A DNA stretch of 63,828 nt, filler included, from 7 parts of 7 records of this genome joined end to end with filler, not necessarily neighbours in it; one strand, 5' to 3'. Shown: positions 41,871 to 56,315, counted from the whole stretch's first letter. Numbers and translations: made by a program. Notes: a model not told the origin generated them from the letters alone.

Positions 41871-44362
41871 CTATGATTTGGCAGGCATTTTCTGATCCCT
41901 GAGTTTTACAAATTTGACTTGATCATCAATTCTATCGGAGTTTACAAAATGTTGAAATTTATTTCTCATTTTCGGGTTGCGAACTACCTCTGTCCATTCA
42001 CATTTATAATGAGAGATTAATTCGTTCATTTCCTGTTCCATTTTCTCTCCAATTCCAAGTGAATCATTTACGACTACATCTTTTAAATAGCCTAATCCTC
42101 CTTCGAGTTCCGATAGCCATTTAGATGTTCTTGTTAATGGCCCTGCTGTTTTGATGTAGAACATAAGAAATCGATCAAGATATTTAACGACTGTTTCTTT
42201 ATCCAGATCGGAAGCCAATAAATCGGCATGGCGAGGATTTGCGCCACCATTTCCACACACAAATAAATTCCAACCTTTATCGGTTGCGATAATTCCGAAA
42301 TCCTTTCCTCGAGCCTCTGCACATTCGCGAACACAGCCAGATACTCCTCCTTTTAATTTATGAGGTGAGCGTAAGCCTTTATATCTGTTTTCAACCTCGA
42401 TGGCGAATGAAACTGAATCATCCATTCCGTAGCGACACCAGGTTGAGCCAACGCAGCTTTTTACTGTACGAAGTGATTTCCCGTAAGCATGCCCACTTTC
42501 AAAACCTCCATCAATCAATTCTTCCCAAATATCAGGTAATTGATCAACCCTTGCTCCGAATAAATCAATCCGTTGGCCACCAGTTATTTTCGTATATAGA
42601 TCATACTTTTTGGCAACTTGCCCGATAATGATCAGTTTTTCAGGAGTAATCTCACCGCCTGGAATACGAGGAACAACTGAATAAACTCCTTTTTGCTGAA
42701 TATTTGCCAGAAATCGATCGTTGGTATCCTGAATGGTATCCTGTTTCACAATTACATCGTTCCAGATACTTGCCAATAATGATGCTGTTAGCGGCTTGCA
42801 GGTTTCACATCCAGAGCCCTTTCCGTAGGATTTGATAAGTTCGGTGAAACTTTTAATCTCATTTATTTTTACGATATCATAAAGTTCCTGACGTGTATAA
42901 TCAAAATGTTCGCAAATTGTTTTTCTGACCTCTCTTCCTTGAGACTTCATATAATATGTGAGAAGGTCGTCAATCATTGGCACACAGCCTCCACAGCCGG
43001 TTCCGGCTTTTGTGCACTTTTTAATGACGCAACCGATTCAGCCCCATCATTCTCTATTGCCTTTAAAATTGTTCCTTTACTAATGTTTTCACAAGAACAA
43101 ATTGTTGCTTCTTCCGGAAGGTCTGCAATGCTAATTCCGGCTCCACCTTCGCCACCTCTGGCTCCTAAAATAAAATCTTCAGGATTTTCTGGTAGTGCCA
43201 TTTTGTTGTTTACAACCTGTTTTAGCATGTTAAATTCATCAGCTTCGCCTACCAGTATTCCTCCTAAAAGATATTTCCCGTCTTCTGAAATATTGAGCCG
43301 TTTGTAAATTCCACTGGCCTTATTTTCATAAACAATGGTTTTAATTTTATTATCTTCAATAAGTGCATCTCCAAAACTTGCAACATCAGTTCCGATTAAT
43401 TTTAGTTTTGAAGAGAGGTCGAATCCTAGAAACTCGGCAGATTCTTCTCCTAAATTTTTAATTAATGTTTCAGCCATTTCGTAGCAAGGTGCAACCAAGC
43501 CCCATACCATGTTGTGAACGACAACACATTCACCTATTGCAAAAATTGATGGATCGGCAGTTTGCATTTTACTATTTACTACAATTCCTCCCCTTGGGTG
43601 CACCTCAAGATCGGCATTTTGAGCAAGCTCGTCTCTTGGCCTTATTCCTGCTGAAATTACTAACATGTCAGTGTCTAACTGGCTGCCATCAGTAAACTTT
43701 AGTCCTTGAATTGAACCGTTTCCTATGATATTTTCAGTGCTTTTGTTTAGTAAAATCTCAATGTCAAATTCTTCCAGTTTTGATTTTAAAATTTCAGCTC
43801 CCTGATTATCCAGCTGTCGCGGCATTAACCGTGGAGCAAACTCTACAATACTTGTAGACAGGCCATCGTCTAAAACCGCTTTAGCTGCTTCAAGCCCAAG
43901 AAGCCCGCCACCAATTACCGCTGCTTTTTTAGCGTTTGGAATGTATTTCTTGATGTTATCAATATCATCAAACGTACGGTACACAAAAACACCTTTTTTA
44001 TCAACTCCTTTAATTGGAGGAACAAAAGCAGATGAGCCAGTAGCTAAAACAAGAATATCGTAAGAATAGGTATTATTTTTTTCCGATACAATTGTTTTAT
44101 CTTCCCTGTTTATAGCTGTTATCTTTTCATTCGTTAACAGCTCAATGCCGTTCTCTTGATACCAACCTGAGGGTGCAAGAAGAAGATCATCCGGAGTTGT
44201 TCCGGTATAATAGGAGGTTAGATGTACCCGATCATAGGCAGGGTGTTTCTCCTCGCCAAAAACAACCAGCTTGTAATCATTTATAAGTGATGAAGAAGCA
44301 AATTTTTCACAAAATTTGTAGCCTGTCATTCCGTTCCCAATCAATACAATTCTTTTTTTCAT
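41871..44362 (-). CDS. nirB: Nitrite reductase (NADH) large subunit; one frameshift
   Basis: GNGM, AYDRVHL, GGGLLGLE, KLKLIG, ICSC; one more base in the T5 run 43018-43022 restores KKCTKAGTGCGGC; then DTNDRFLAN, TGGQR, SCVGSTWC, SGCVREC. Confidence 0.95.
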
Positions 44363-44456
44363 ACTTGGCTGTTTTATATATTCTTAATTCTTTCTATTTT
44401 ATTTTAGAAATCAACTTTTATGATGCAATCCTGTTTAATTTATTAAAGTTGAAATC

Positions 44457-44727
44457 ATGTTTAGTCCAATATTTGAAATTGCTTCTGAAGCATTGAAAAA
44501 TGCCCATCTTCAGGATCCAACCGAAGAAATTATTAATTCCAAATCTATTCCTGCTGAATGGATTTATACTCAGCGCCTTTTGGATTGTTTGAAGCGTGTT
44601 TATCCTAACGCCACCGAAACACTTACGATTGCTGCTTATTGCCAGCATCTTTATCGTTGGGAGATTGAGCGCAGTAAATATCCTGAAGGTAGGGGTGGTT
44701 ATTACCAATGGCGCAATTACCTTGGAG
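44457..44727 (+). CDS. DUF4202 family protein (3' truncated)
   Basis: AH..DP, P.E..Y, AA.CQHL.RWEI.R..YPEGR.GY.QWR. Confidence 0.8.
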
Positions 44728-44827
44728 NNNNNNNNNNNNNNNNNNNNNNNNNNNNNNNNNNNNNNNNNNNNTTAATTAATTAANNNNNNNNNNNNNNNNN
44801 NNNNNNNNNNNNNNNNNNNNNNNNNNN
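44728..44827. other. Artificial contig linker
   Basis: N-run / TTAATTAATTAA / N-run. Confidence 0.98.
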
Positions 44828-47869
<3,042 letters not shown>

Positions 47870-47874
47870 TTAAT

Positions 47875-48163
47875 TTAACCTATAACCTTGGGCACACTAA
47901 AACAGCCGGAATTGCTATTCGGGGCGTTAGAGAGAATATCATCCACGCTCATGGATTCTTCAGCCTTATCAGGCCTCATAACATTTTTAATACCATTCAC
48001 ATGTAACGTTGGAGAAATTTCTTTTGTATCCAACTCGTTCAGCTTTTCCATGTAGGCCAGGATTTGGTTAAAGTGTCGGGTGAACTTTATTTTTTTCTTC
48101 TTCTGAAAATGCCAATTTGGCTAATTTGGCAATATTTTCTACTTCCTGAATCGATACTGACAT
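47875..48163 (-). CDS. gatC: Asp/Glu-tRNA amidotransferase subunit C; one frameshift (absent from the ORF track)
   Basis: MSVSIQEVENIAKLAKL...; removing one base from the T7 run 48090-48096 gives a 95-aa frame ...ILAYMEKLNELDT...NAP...FSVPKVIG. Confidence 0.9.
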
Positions 48164-48204
48164 TTATACTCCAATCTTAAACGAATTCCCTTCAAAAGAT
48201 ACCA

Positions 48205-48233
48205 AATATAAAATAATGTCTACAAAGAGTCAA
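48205..48233 (-). promoter_or_regulatory. Putative sigma70 promoter for gatC-kdsB-pyrG-kdsA
   Basis: TTGACT-N17-TATATT on the minus strand. Confidence 0.6.
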
Positions 48234-48326
48234 GTCAATTCTAAAATTAATGGCATAATTTTTGTAATATAAATTTACCGAAATATCTATTTTTCATAAC
48301 CTAACCGTTCTCTTTGCATCAAGAAC

Positions 48327-48361
48327 AAAAAAAAAGCACGGCTAATAAATGACCGTGCTTT
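48327..48361 (-). terminator. Rho-independent terminator after rpmA
   Basis: AAAGCACGG/CCGTGCTTT stem with a T9 tract on the minus strand. Confidence 0.8.
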
Positions 48362-48387
48362 AAAAAAACATTTTTACGAAACTTTTT

Positions 48388-48639
48388 TTACGGAACGATG
48401 CTGACAAACTTTTTCGCTTTGCCGCGAGTCATGAATTTAACATGTCCGTCAATTTTTGCAAAAATAGTATCATCGCCACCCAAACCGACATTATCACCAG
48501 GATGAATGCGAGTACCACGTTGCCTTACAATGATACTCCCCGCAGTAACATATTGCCCGTCATAACGTTTCACACCCAACATTTTAGGGTTGCTATCGCG
48601 CCCATTTCGGGAACTTCCGACACCTTTCTTATGAGCCAT
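48388..48639 (-). CDS. rpmA: 50S ribosomal protein L27
   Basis: [24 protein letters not shown]. Confidence 0.98.
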   Translation of the reverse strand: MAHKKGVGSSRNGRDSNPKMLGVKRYDGQYVTAGSIIVRQRGTRIHPGDNVGLGGDDTIFAKIDGHVKFMTRGKAKKFVSIVP

Positions 48640-48676
48640 TTCAAAACCTCCGTCTATCTTTTATCGCACACTGGAT

Positions 48677-48988
48677 CTATGCGACAATTTCACCAATTTT
48701 GAGTCTGGTCAGTCCCTGCCGATGACCATTCAACACTCTATAGGTTTTTCTTCTTTTCTTTTTGAAAACAACGACTTTTTTGGCTTTTTCATGGGCCACG
48801 ATCGTTGCCTGGACTTTCGCACCATCCACAAAGGGAGTACCGATTTTGCCATCCTTTTCAGAGGACAAAAATAAAACCCGATCAAACTCTACTTCGGATC
48901 CAACCTCGCCATTAATTTTTGGTGCAATGATTTGATCGTCTTTACTGACTCGAAATTGCTGACCAGCTATGTCTACTATCACAAACAT
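48677..48988 (-). CDS. rplU: 50S ribosomal protein L21
   Basis: GQQFRV, IGTPFV.GAKV, VFKKKRRK, GHRQ. Confidence 0.97.
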   Translation of the reverse strand: MFVIVDIAGQQFRVSKDDQIIAPKINGEVGSEVEFDRVLFLSSEKDGKIGTPFVDGAKVQATIVAHEKAKKVVVFKKKRRKTYRVLNGHRQGLTRLKIGEIVA

Positions 48989-49037
48989 CTAAGGATCTCT
49001 CCATTTTATCTTTTGTGTTTTTCCCCAAAAGTCGAAT

Positions 49038-49066
49038 AATGTACTTATTTCTCATACAAATGTCAA
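49038..49066 (-). promoter_or_regulatory. Putative sigma70 promoter for rplU-rpmA
   Basis: TTGACA-N17-TACATT; the -35 overlaps the rne stop codon. Confidence 0.65.
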
Positions 49067-50601
49067 GACATAAATTGCATTGTTAAATCTTCTTGTCCAT
49101 CTTTATCAAAAAAACGAAACTCATCCATACTAAAGTTTTCATCAGGATTCACACTGATACGGGTCCAGTACTTCCAACTAATACGACGTAAATGACTTTT
49201 AACGCCCTCGGTCATGAAATTTGCCAATTCCGGATGTACGACCAGTTGCAGACTTCGATCACCTTGCTCCCTTCGATAACGCTTGATCCATCTTTCAATA
49301 CGCGCCAAAGTGGTTGTCTTTGAGACGATTCGTCCGGTTCCCAAACAGGCAGAACAGGCATCACTGATTGAAAACAACAATGCCGGACGAATCCGTTCCC
49401 GGGTCATTTCGATAATGCCAAATTGTGATAACGGCGCTATACTAGCCTGAGCCCGATCCGCTTTTAATTCCCGATTAAATTCATCCTGTAATTTCTGTTT
49501 GTTTTTCTCTTCAATCATATCGATATAATCAATAATAATGATTCCACCGATATCCCGTAATCTCAATTGTCTGGCAATTTCACGAGCGGCTTCCAGATTA
49601 ATTCTTAAACTGTTAGCATCATGGTCTTTTTTGCCAATAAAGCGGCCACTGTTAACATCAATAGCTGTAAGTGCTTCAGTATGATCAAAAAAGACATAAC
49701 CACCACTCTTTAACCACACTTTTCTGGCCAAACTTTTATTTACTTCATTTTCAATGCCAAATGTATCAAAAACAGGTTCTTTTTTATCATGATATTCCAC
49801 CCGATCGACCAACTGTGGAGAGACATCCCTTAAATATTTCAGGATTTGTTTTTGGAATTTTTTCGAATCCACGACAAGTCGCGTAATATCGGCTGTAAAC
49901 AAATCACGAATGATACTTGACAACATCCCCATATCCTTGTGAATCAGACAACTTGGATGACTCTTTTGTGTTTTCTTGACAATCTCTTGCCATGTTTTGA
50001 CTAAAGAATTCAGATCTGCTCTGAGCGACGTTTCATCTTTGCCCTCTGAAACGGTGCGTACAACCAACCCAAATCCATTCGGACGGATGGTACGTGCAAC
50101 CTTTTTAAGGCGATATTTCTCTTTTCGATAATTTATTTTTCGGGAAACACCAACCCGATTATCATTGGGTACAGCTACCATAAAACGCCCGGGAAGGGAT
50201 ATATTTGTCGTTACCCTTGCCCCTTTATTGGCGATTGGTTCTTTGGTTATTTGCACTAAAAGCGGCTGACCTTGTTTGATTTGTGGATCATGACTACCAC
50301 CACCTGAGCGGCGTCTTCTCGGATTTTCGGATTTCAATTCCAGGAACCTTTTCAGGTCCGTACTATTTTCTGCGATATCGGAAAAATGCAAAAAAGCATC
50401 CTGCTTCATCCCGATATCAATAAAGGCTGCCTGCATACCACGTATGACTTTAGCCACTTTGCCAAGATAAATATCCCCGACCATTCGCTCTGTTTCTGGT
50501 CGTTCGAAAAAAAGCTCCACAAGCTTTCCTTCTTCGAGTATGGCAATTCGTGTCTCGCCTATGGATACATTAATTACAATTTCTTTTTTTACTTTTTTCA
50601 T
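49063..50601 (-). CDS. rng: RNase E/G family ribonuclease
   Basis: GDIYLGKV, AAFIDIG, KGARVT, IDVNSG, QLRLRDIGGIIIID, EMTRER, CSACLGTG. Confidence 0.95.
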   Translation of the reverse strand: MKKVKKEIVINVSIGETRIAILEEGKLVELFFERPETERMVGDIYLGKVAKVIRGMQAAFIDIGMKQDAFLHFSDIAENSTDLKRFLELKSENPRRRRSGGGSHDPQIKQGQPLLVQITKEPIANKGARVTTNISLPGRFMVAVPNDNRVGVSRKINYRKEKYRLKKVARTIRPNGFGLVVRTVSEGKDETSLRADLNSLVKTWQEIVKKTQKSHPSCLIHKDMGMLSSIIRDLFTADITRLVVDSKKFQKQILKYLRDVSPQLVDRVEYHDKKEPVFDTFGIENEVNKSLARKVWLKSGGYVFFDHTEALTAIDVNSGRFIGKKDHDANSLRINLEAAREIARQLRLRDIGGIIIIDYIDMIEEKNKQKLQDEFNRELKADRAQASIAPLSQFGIIEMTRERIRPALLFSISDACSACLGTGRIVSKTTTLARIERWIKRYRREQGDRSLQLVVHPELANFMTEGVKSHLRRISWKYWTRISVNPDENFSMDEFRFFDKDGQEDLTMQFMS

Positions 50602-50647
50602 TTAAATTCCATTTTCTTTCGCGTGATGTAAAATCACTCTACAATTT

Positions 50648-53272
50648 TCAAATTTCCATTGGAGTGGCCAGGAGGGTTCCATATTGGATCCATAAACCGG
50701 TACGATTCACTCTGGCGGATTTCACCTGTCTTGCTTTTCCCTCAAAAAGAAAATCAAGTATTTCATCAATTCGCGCCGAGTGGCCGTTATCCATATTTAA
50801 CTGCAGGTCCACTCCCCCATCTTTTGTTGTCATCTCGGCTATGAATGGCCGGATGTTTACTTGTTTTTTTCCTTTTTTCCCATTTCGAACGCGCTCTACA
50901 ATGATCTCTTCTCGCCCCAGAATAGTGGATATACGTGTTTCAAGATCATTTTGCTTAATATCGTCAAAATGGATAGAGTAACCTGATCTGTTAATAAGAG
51001 CAGACAGGGACTTGCTCTTACTAAATAAAGATTTTACTTTTAAAATTTCAACGCCCTTGGGCAATTCTGCTGACAAACAGGTAGCGATATCAAAATAATC
51101 CGGACTTGAATAATGTACATCAAAATACTCTGCATCACTGGTAAAACCTGTGGCCAATGGTGGACTATAAGATATCTTTGGTCGCGGATTAAATCCAGAT
51201 GTATAAACAAGTGGAACCTCTGCCCGTCGCATTGCCCGTTCGAACATACGCAACATATCCAGATGGGATAAAAACATGACTTCATTCCCTCTGCGGTACT
51301 TGACCCTGGCGACCCGTTCCTTGATATCCGCATTTGTTTTTAATGTGACGGTCCTTTTTTGTCTGATGGCATTACTCTGAGAGTCATCCTCAATTTCATC
51401 CGCTTTTTTTGTATCAAACTCTGAATTGATAATCTCTTTGCAGACTTTTTGTCCCATTAGTCCACATTGATTGCATGATCCGTCCCGACAATCTTGTGTC
51501 ACTTGCTTCCCAAGAGACCGATCATATTCATCCTTTAAAAATTTTTTTGTAATGCCCTTGTCAATATGATCCCATGGCAGAGCGGCATCTGTCTGGAAAC
51601 CTTTCAGTAATTGAGCAAGATCTAACCCATTGTCAGTTAGGGCTTGTTGCCAATAATCAAAATTAAATAATTCAGACCAACCGTCAAACTTGGCACCCAG
51701 TTGCCAGGCTCGTTTAATGACTCTGGATATTCTTCGATCTCCCCGGGCTATCACGCCCTCAATTGCAGCTACCTCAGCGTCGCGCCAGGATAATTTTGTA
51801 TTTCTATTTTTGATTTCGCTGCACAAAAATTCAAGTTTCCGATTAATTTCATCTATCGAATCTTGCGCGACCCATTGAAATGGAGTAACAGATTTAGGTA
51901 CAAAGGGAGAGATAGAAACATTTAACCTTTTCCCCTTATGGAACCGTGCCAGCTCACTTACTTTTTTGACAAGAGTAACAATACCGATCAGATCTTTATC
52001 GTTTTCAGTAGGTTGGCCTATCATAAAGTACAATTTGACCAGATTCCAACCCTCCCGAAATGCCAGGTCAACGGCTCTCAGTAAATCTTCAGCTGTGGTT
52101 GTCTTGTTAATAACATCTCTGAGTCTTTGGCATCCGGCCTCCGGGGCTAACGTGAGACCCGATTTTCGAACTCCTTTGGCATATTTGGCTACTTTAGGAG
52201 TAAACTTTTCCGGACGCAGTGAAGGAAATGAGATATTGACCATTTTTTCAGCCAGATGAGAATGCAAACCATCCATCAAAGGATTTAGATCTGAATAATC
52301 AGAAGTTGAAAGCGATACAAGAGAAATTTCATCATAGCCGGTTGCCCGAATATTTAATTCTGCCTGATTAACCAGGTCAGCAACAGAACGTTGACGAACA
52401 GGTCTGTAAATCATACCCGCATTACAAAAACGACACCCACGTGAACAACCTCTGGCAATCTCCAGCGACACCCGATCATGAGTCGTACCTATCATCGGCA
52501 CAAGAGGCTTTTCTGAATAATTCTCAGCCTTTAGTTGATCCACAATACGAGCTCTGATGCGCTGTGGAGCACCCGGTTGTTTCAACTCAAGCTTTACAAA
52601 ATCTCCTGCTTCATTGTATTTTGCCTGGTAAAAGGCTGGTACATATACACCGGGAATCTGACACAATTCTTTCAGGATGTCCAGCCGGGCAACACCTTGT
52701 CTTTTTAATTGTTGAACCCTGGATACAACCTCAATGGTTGTCTCCTCACCATCACCAATAACGATGGCATCAAAAAAATCAGCAACAGGTTCCGGATTAA
52801 AAGCGCATGGCCCGCCGGCAATGACAAGAGGAGCGTCCTTTCGATCTTTTGCTTCCACAGGTATACCGGCAAGATCCAACAAATTGAGGATTGTGGTGTA
52901 ATGTAATTCATATTGAAGAGTAAAGCCAAGTATATCAAAATCTGCAAGTGAAGAAAAGGTTTCTAATGAAAACAAAGGGACACCTTGTGCCCTCATTTCT
53001 TCTTCCAAATCCGGCCAGGGCGCAAAAACCCGTTCCGCGTACACTCCATCTTGCTTGTTTAACAGATTATAAAGAATCGGAAAGCCCATATAAGACATAC
53101 CGACTTCGTACACATCTGGAAAAACAAGTGCTATTCTGCAATCCACTTTAGCTATATCTTTGCGAATCATATTTATTTCGTTGCCGATATAGCGACCAGG
53201 TTTATTAACAAATGGAAGCAGATTTTTAAATATTTTATTTTTCAAACAACTATGATCTATATCGTTACCCAC
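50648..53272 (-). CDS. TIGR03960-type B12-binding radical SAM protein fused to a TIGR03936/DUF2344 domain
   Basis: KPGRYIGNE, FPDVYEVGMS, RGCSRGCRFC, APEAG, WDHI, C-x4-C-x2-C; then FLSHLD.LR.FERA.RR, GFNPRPKIS. Confidence 0.92.
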   Translation of the reverse strand: MGNDIDHSCLKNKIFKNLLPFVNKPGRYIGNEINMIRKDIAKVDCRIALVFPDVYEVGMSYMGFPILYNLLNKQDGVYAERVFAPWPDLEEEMRAQGVPLFSLETFSSLADFDILGFTLQYELHYTTILNLLDLAGIPVEAKDRKDAPLVIAGGPCAFNPEPVADFFDAIVIGDGEETTIEVVSRVQQLKRQGVARLDILKELCQIPGVYVPAFYQAKYNEAGDFVKLELKQPGAPQRIRARIVDQLKAENYSEKPLVPMIGTTHDRVSLEIARGCSRGCRFCNAGMIYRPVRQRSVADLVNQAELNIRATGYDEISLVSLSTSDYSDLNPLMDGLHSHLAEKMVNISFPSLRPEKFTPKVAKYAKGVRKSGLTLAPEAGCQRLRDVINKTTTAEDLLRAVDLAFREGWNLVKLYFMIGQPTENDKDLIGIVTLVKKVSELARFHKGKRLNVSISPFVPKSVTPFQWVAQDSIDEINRKLEFLCSEIKNRNTKLSWRDAEVAAIEGVIARGDRRISRVIKRAWQLGAKFDGWSELFNFDYWQQALTDNGLDLAQLLKGFQTDAALPWDHIDKGITKKFLKDEYDRSLGKQVTQDCRDGSCNQCGLMGQKVCKEIINSEFDTKKADEIEDDSQSNAIRQKRTVTLKTNADIKERVARVKYRRGNEVMFLSHLDMLRMFERAMRRAEVPLVYTSGFNPRPKISYSPPLATGFTSDAEYFDVHYSSPDYFDIATCLSAELPKGVEILKVKSLFSKSKSLSALINRSGYSIHFDDIKQNDLETRISTILGREEIIVERVRNGKKGKKQVNIRPFIAEMTTKDGGVDLQLNMDNGHSARIDEILDFLFEGKARQVKSARVNRTGLWIQYGTLLATPMEI

Positions 53273-53292
53273 TGGTTTGTTCGATTAAAATT

Positions 53293-53326
53293 AAAATGCC
53301 CTACAAGATTCCGCTCCCGCAGGGCA
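53293..53326 (-). terminator. Terminator-like hairpin between the oxidoreductase operon and the radical SAM gene
   Basis: Minus strand TGCCCTGCGGGA-GCGGAA-TCTTGTAGGGCA (with G-U pairs) then TTTT; only about 20 nt before the next GTG, so it may be leaky or an attenuator. Confidence 0.55.
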
Positions 53327-53411
53327 AAATAAGTTAACACAATTGATTTTGTTTCTTAATTAGCGAAAATAAATACAACAGGAATTCTCCCAGTCATATT
53401 TTGAGCTATGT

Positions 53412-54848
53412 TCAGACCTGAATTTGTTCAAAGACAAATTCCATACCCTTTTCAATAGCCTGCTCATTTAATGGTATCAAATTCTTATGTTTAATAAAAC
53501 TGGGCAAAGATTTAAAGACAACTTTTTTTGAAAGAATAGAAGTCTGAGCGATAATCGCACCGAGTATGACCATATTTGCCACTCGTGTGTTCCCAAGTTC
53601 ATCCGCTATCTTTGTTGCCGGAATACCCAATACATTTACATCTTTTCGATGTGGAGGTCTGCTTATTAATGATGAATCGTAAATAATAAGACCATCAGGT
53701 TCAACAGCAGACTCAAATTTTTCCAAAGAAGGAAGATTCATGGCCACCAGAACGGAAGGTTTGGATACCAAAGGAGAACCAATTCGTCTGGATGATAGAT
53801 TCACATGACAATTGGCTGTTCCGCCCCTCATTTCGGGACCATAAGATGGAATCCAGGAAACATTATATCCACCCATCATACCTGCCTGCGTCATACCTAA
53901 ACCTAACATCAGGATTCCCTGTCCTCCAAATCCGGCCATAATAAACCGTTGTTCCGTATGATCGACATCTTTAGACTCATCAATCCTGGCCAGAGCACCG
54001 TTAGTAGGAATGTTAATTTTTTCCTTTAATTGCTCTATTGAGTACACATGTTTTACTGGTTCGTTTTGTTCAATATCCTGTGTTTTGTCCTTAAAAACAC
54101 CAAGTGGAAATATCTTTTCCATATTTTCGTGGATCCACTCCTTGGCCTGTACAGGTGTCATTTTCCAGCCTGAGGGGCATGCGGACAGGATTTCAATTAG
54201 GGAAAATCCCTTATTCTCCATCTGCAATTGCAGCCCTTTTCTTACAGCCCGTCTCACTTTGTTGGTATTTTTGGGATCAGTCAGGGCAACTCTTTCAATA
54301 TATATCGGCGCTTCCAAGGTAGAAATCATTTCGGCTATACGCATGGGATAGCCTTCATTCATTTCTGATCGTCCGCGAGGAGTTGTCGTTGTTTTTTGCC
54401 CTAAAAGACTGGTGGGGGCCATCTGACCACCTGTCATTCCATAAATGGCATTATTTACAAAAAATACCGTAATCTTTTCACCACGATTCGCAGCTTGAAT
54501 AATATTATTTCCACCAATGGCAGCTAAATCGCCATCACCCTGGTAGCTGATAACAATACTTTCCGGAAAAACTCTTTTAATGCCAGTAGCCACGGCAGGG
54601 GCTCTACCATGTGCACTTTGGATATTACCACAATTAAAATAATAATAAGCAAAAACGCTACACCCAACCGGACTAACAAATATAGTCTTGTCCTGGATAC
54701 CAAAATCATCGATCGCTTCAGCAATTAATTTGTGAAGCACACCATGCCCACAACCAGGGCAATAATGTGTGGCCATTTTGTTTGATCCTGGTCGCCTTTC
54801 ATATATATCGTAAAAGCTATCCGCTTTTTTTAATACTTTATTAGCCAT
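53412..54848 (-). CDS. 2-oxoacid:ferredoxin oxidoreductase beta-gamma fusion (Vor-like)
   Basis: [35 protein letters not shown]; then [23 protein letters not shown]. Confidence 0.92.
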   Translation of the reverse strand: MANKVLKKADSFYDIYERRPGSNKMATHYCPGCGHGVLHKLIAEAIDDFGIQDKTIFVSPVGCSVFAYYYFNCGNIQSAHGRAPAVATGIKRVFPESIVISYQGDGDLAAIGGNNIIQAANRGEKITVFFVNNAIYGMTGGQMAPTSLLGQKTTTTPRGRSEMNEGYPMRIAEMISTLEAPIYIERVALTDPKNTNKVRRAVRKGLQLQMENKGFSLIEILSACPSGWKMTPVQAKEWIHENMEKIFPLGVFKDKTQDIEQNEPVKHVYSIEQLKEKINIPTNGALARIDESKDVDHTEQRFIMAGFGGQGILMLGLGMTQAGMMGGYNVSWIPSYGPEMRGGTANCHVNLSSRRIGSPLVSKPSVLVAMNLPSLEKFESAVEPDGLIIYDSSLISRPPHRKDVNVLGIPATKIADELGNTRVANMVILGAIIAQTSILSKKVVFKSLPSFIKHKNLIPLNEQAIEKGMEFVFEQIQV

Positions 54849-54851
54849 AAT

Positions 54852-55899
54852 CTATGCCTTTAATTTTTGATCGACTTGTTCGATTATCTCTTCCGGAGTA
54901 GGAACGACACCTCCCATGCGATTGTAAAAGTGAACTGTTTTTTTCCATTAACTGCCAATCGGACATCATCCACCATCTGTCCATTGAGAGTTCAACGACC
55001 ATAAATGAGCTCACCTGATCTGAAAGTTCCTTTAATCGATCTGTTGGAAATGGCCAAAGGCTGATGGGGCGAAGTAAACCAACTTTTCTTCCTTTAGCAC
55101 GAAGATGATCCACGGCTGAATAGAGAATGCGTGAAACGACACCGTAGCCAACAAGAATCAGATCCGCATCTTCGACCTGATATTCTTCAAATCTTACTTC
55201 ATTTTCTGCGATTCGACTATATTTTTCCTGAAGATTCTGATTATGTTTCTCAAGCATTTCCGGTTCAAGCTCAATTGAGGAAATAAGCCTGTCTGAATCC
55301 GCCTTGTCCGCATGGATAGCCCATGGTTTATCCTCAAGTTCCGCGACGGGTTCCGGAAATTCCACCGGTTCCATCATTTGTCCGATAAAACCATCGGCCA
55401 ATATGACAGTCGGATTTCTATACTTATCTGCCAGCTCAAAGGCCAGCACAGTCAAATCACACATTTCTTGTGCGCTATTTGGTGCAAGGACAGCCAATTT
55501 GTAATTACCGTGGCCACCTCCTTTTACCATTTGGTTATAATCACTTTGCTCTGGTGCAATATTACCTAAACCCGGGCCACCACGCATAACATCGACAAGA
55601 ACGAGCGGAAGCTCCGAGCCAGCACAATATGAAAGACCTTCCAATTTCAAACTAATTCCAGGACTGGAAGAAGCAGTCATAACCCGCATACCACCTGATG
55701 CGGCGCCATAAACCATATTAATAGCTGCAACTTCACTTTCAGCCTGCAAAAAAGTGCCTCCGACGAGAGGCAGGTAGTAAGCGGCTGCTTCTGCAATTTC
55801 GGAGGCTGGTGTTATGGGATAGCCAAAATAGAATCTACAACCGGCTAGTATGGCTCCCTTTACAACGGCTTCATTACCCTTGATGAGCTGTTTCGCCAT
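54852..55899 (-). CDS. 2-oxoacid:ferredoxin oxidoreductase alpha subunit (VorB-like); two C-terminal frameshifts
   Basis: [30 protein letters not shown]; two single-base additions near 54984 and 54937 restore [11 protein letters not shown] and [17 protein letters not shown] to TAG 54852. Confidence 0.9.
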
Positions 55900-55903
55900 T
55901 TTT

Positions 55904-56158
55904 TTACATTACCTCCTCTCTTACGTACCCTTTTTTAAACACTGTAATCGCTCCCGGCTCCGGACACTGATAAAAACAATAACCACAACCTGTACATCCC
56001 TCTCCAGTATAACCTGCAGGATGGAATCCCATTTTATTAAAATGCTTTTGCGAAACAAGTACCCCTTGCGGACATGCAGCTATACAAAGCCCGCAGCCCT
56101 TACATTCATCTTCCGCAACAACAACCTTTGGAAACTTTTCTTCGACCATTACTGTCAT
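55904..56158 (-). CDS. 2x[4Fe-4S] ferredoxin (delta subunit)
   Basis: [12 protein letters not shown] and [12 protein letters not shown]. Confidence 0.93.
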   Translation of the reverse strand: MTVMVEEKFPKVVVAEDECKGCGLCIAACPQGVLVSQKHFNKMGFHPAGYTGEGCTGCGYCFYQCPEPGAITVFKKGYVREEVM

Positions 56159-56238
56159 CCTCCTTCCTCAACAAACTGAACAAATGACTTGGTTATCATC
56201 TTGATCGAAATCATATCTTAATTTTATCTTAGCATATT

Positions 56239-56267
56239 ATTATAATCAATTTTGGCAAAATGTGCAA
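56239..56267 (-). promoter_or_regulatory. Putative sigma70 promoter for the oxidoreductase operon
   Basis: TTGCAC-N17-TATAAT; the spacer holds palindrome ATTTTG-G-CAAAAT (56249-56261). Confidence 0.6.
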
Positions 56268-56315
56268 GGAGTTTTTCCCGACTCTGGCACAGGCAATCGA
56301 CTATACAGTAAGACC

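Noticed and set aside
43018-43022. Possible programmed frameshift in nirB (likewise gatC, cheA)
   Set aside because: No slippery heptamer with a stimulator seen; similar indels occur throughout unrelated fragments, so error is simpler.
48251-48266. Sigma54-like TGGCATAATTTTTGT
   Set aside because: The -12 is GT rather than GC and it points along the plus strand, where there is no gene.
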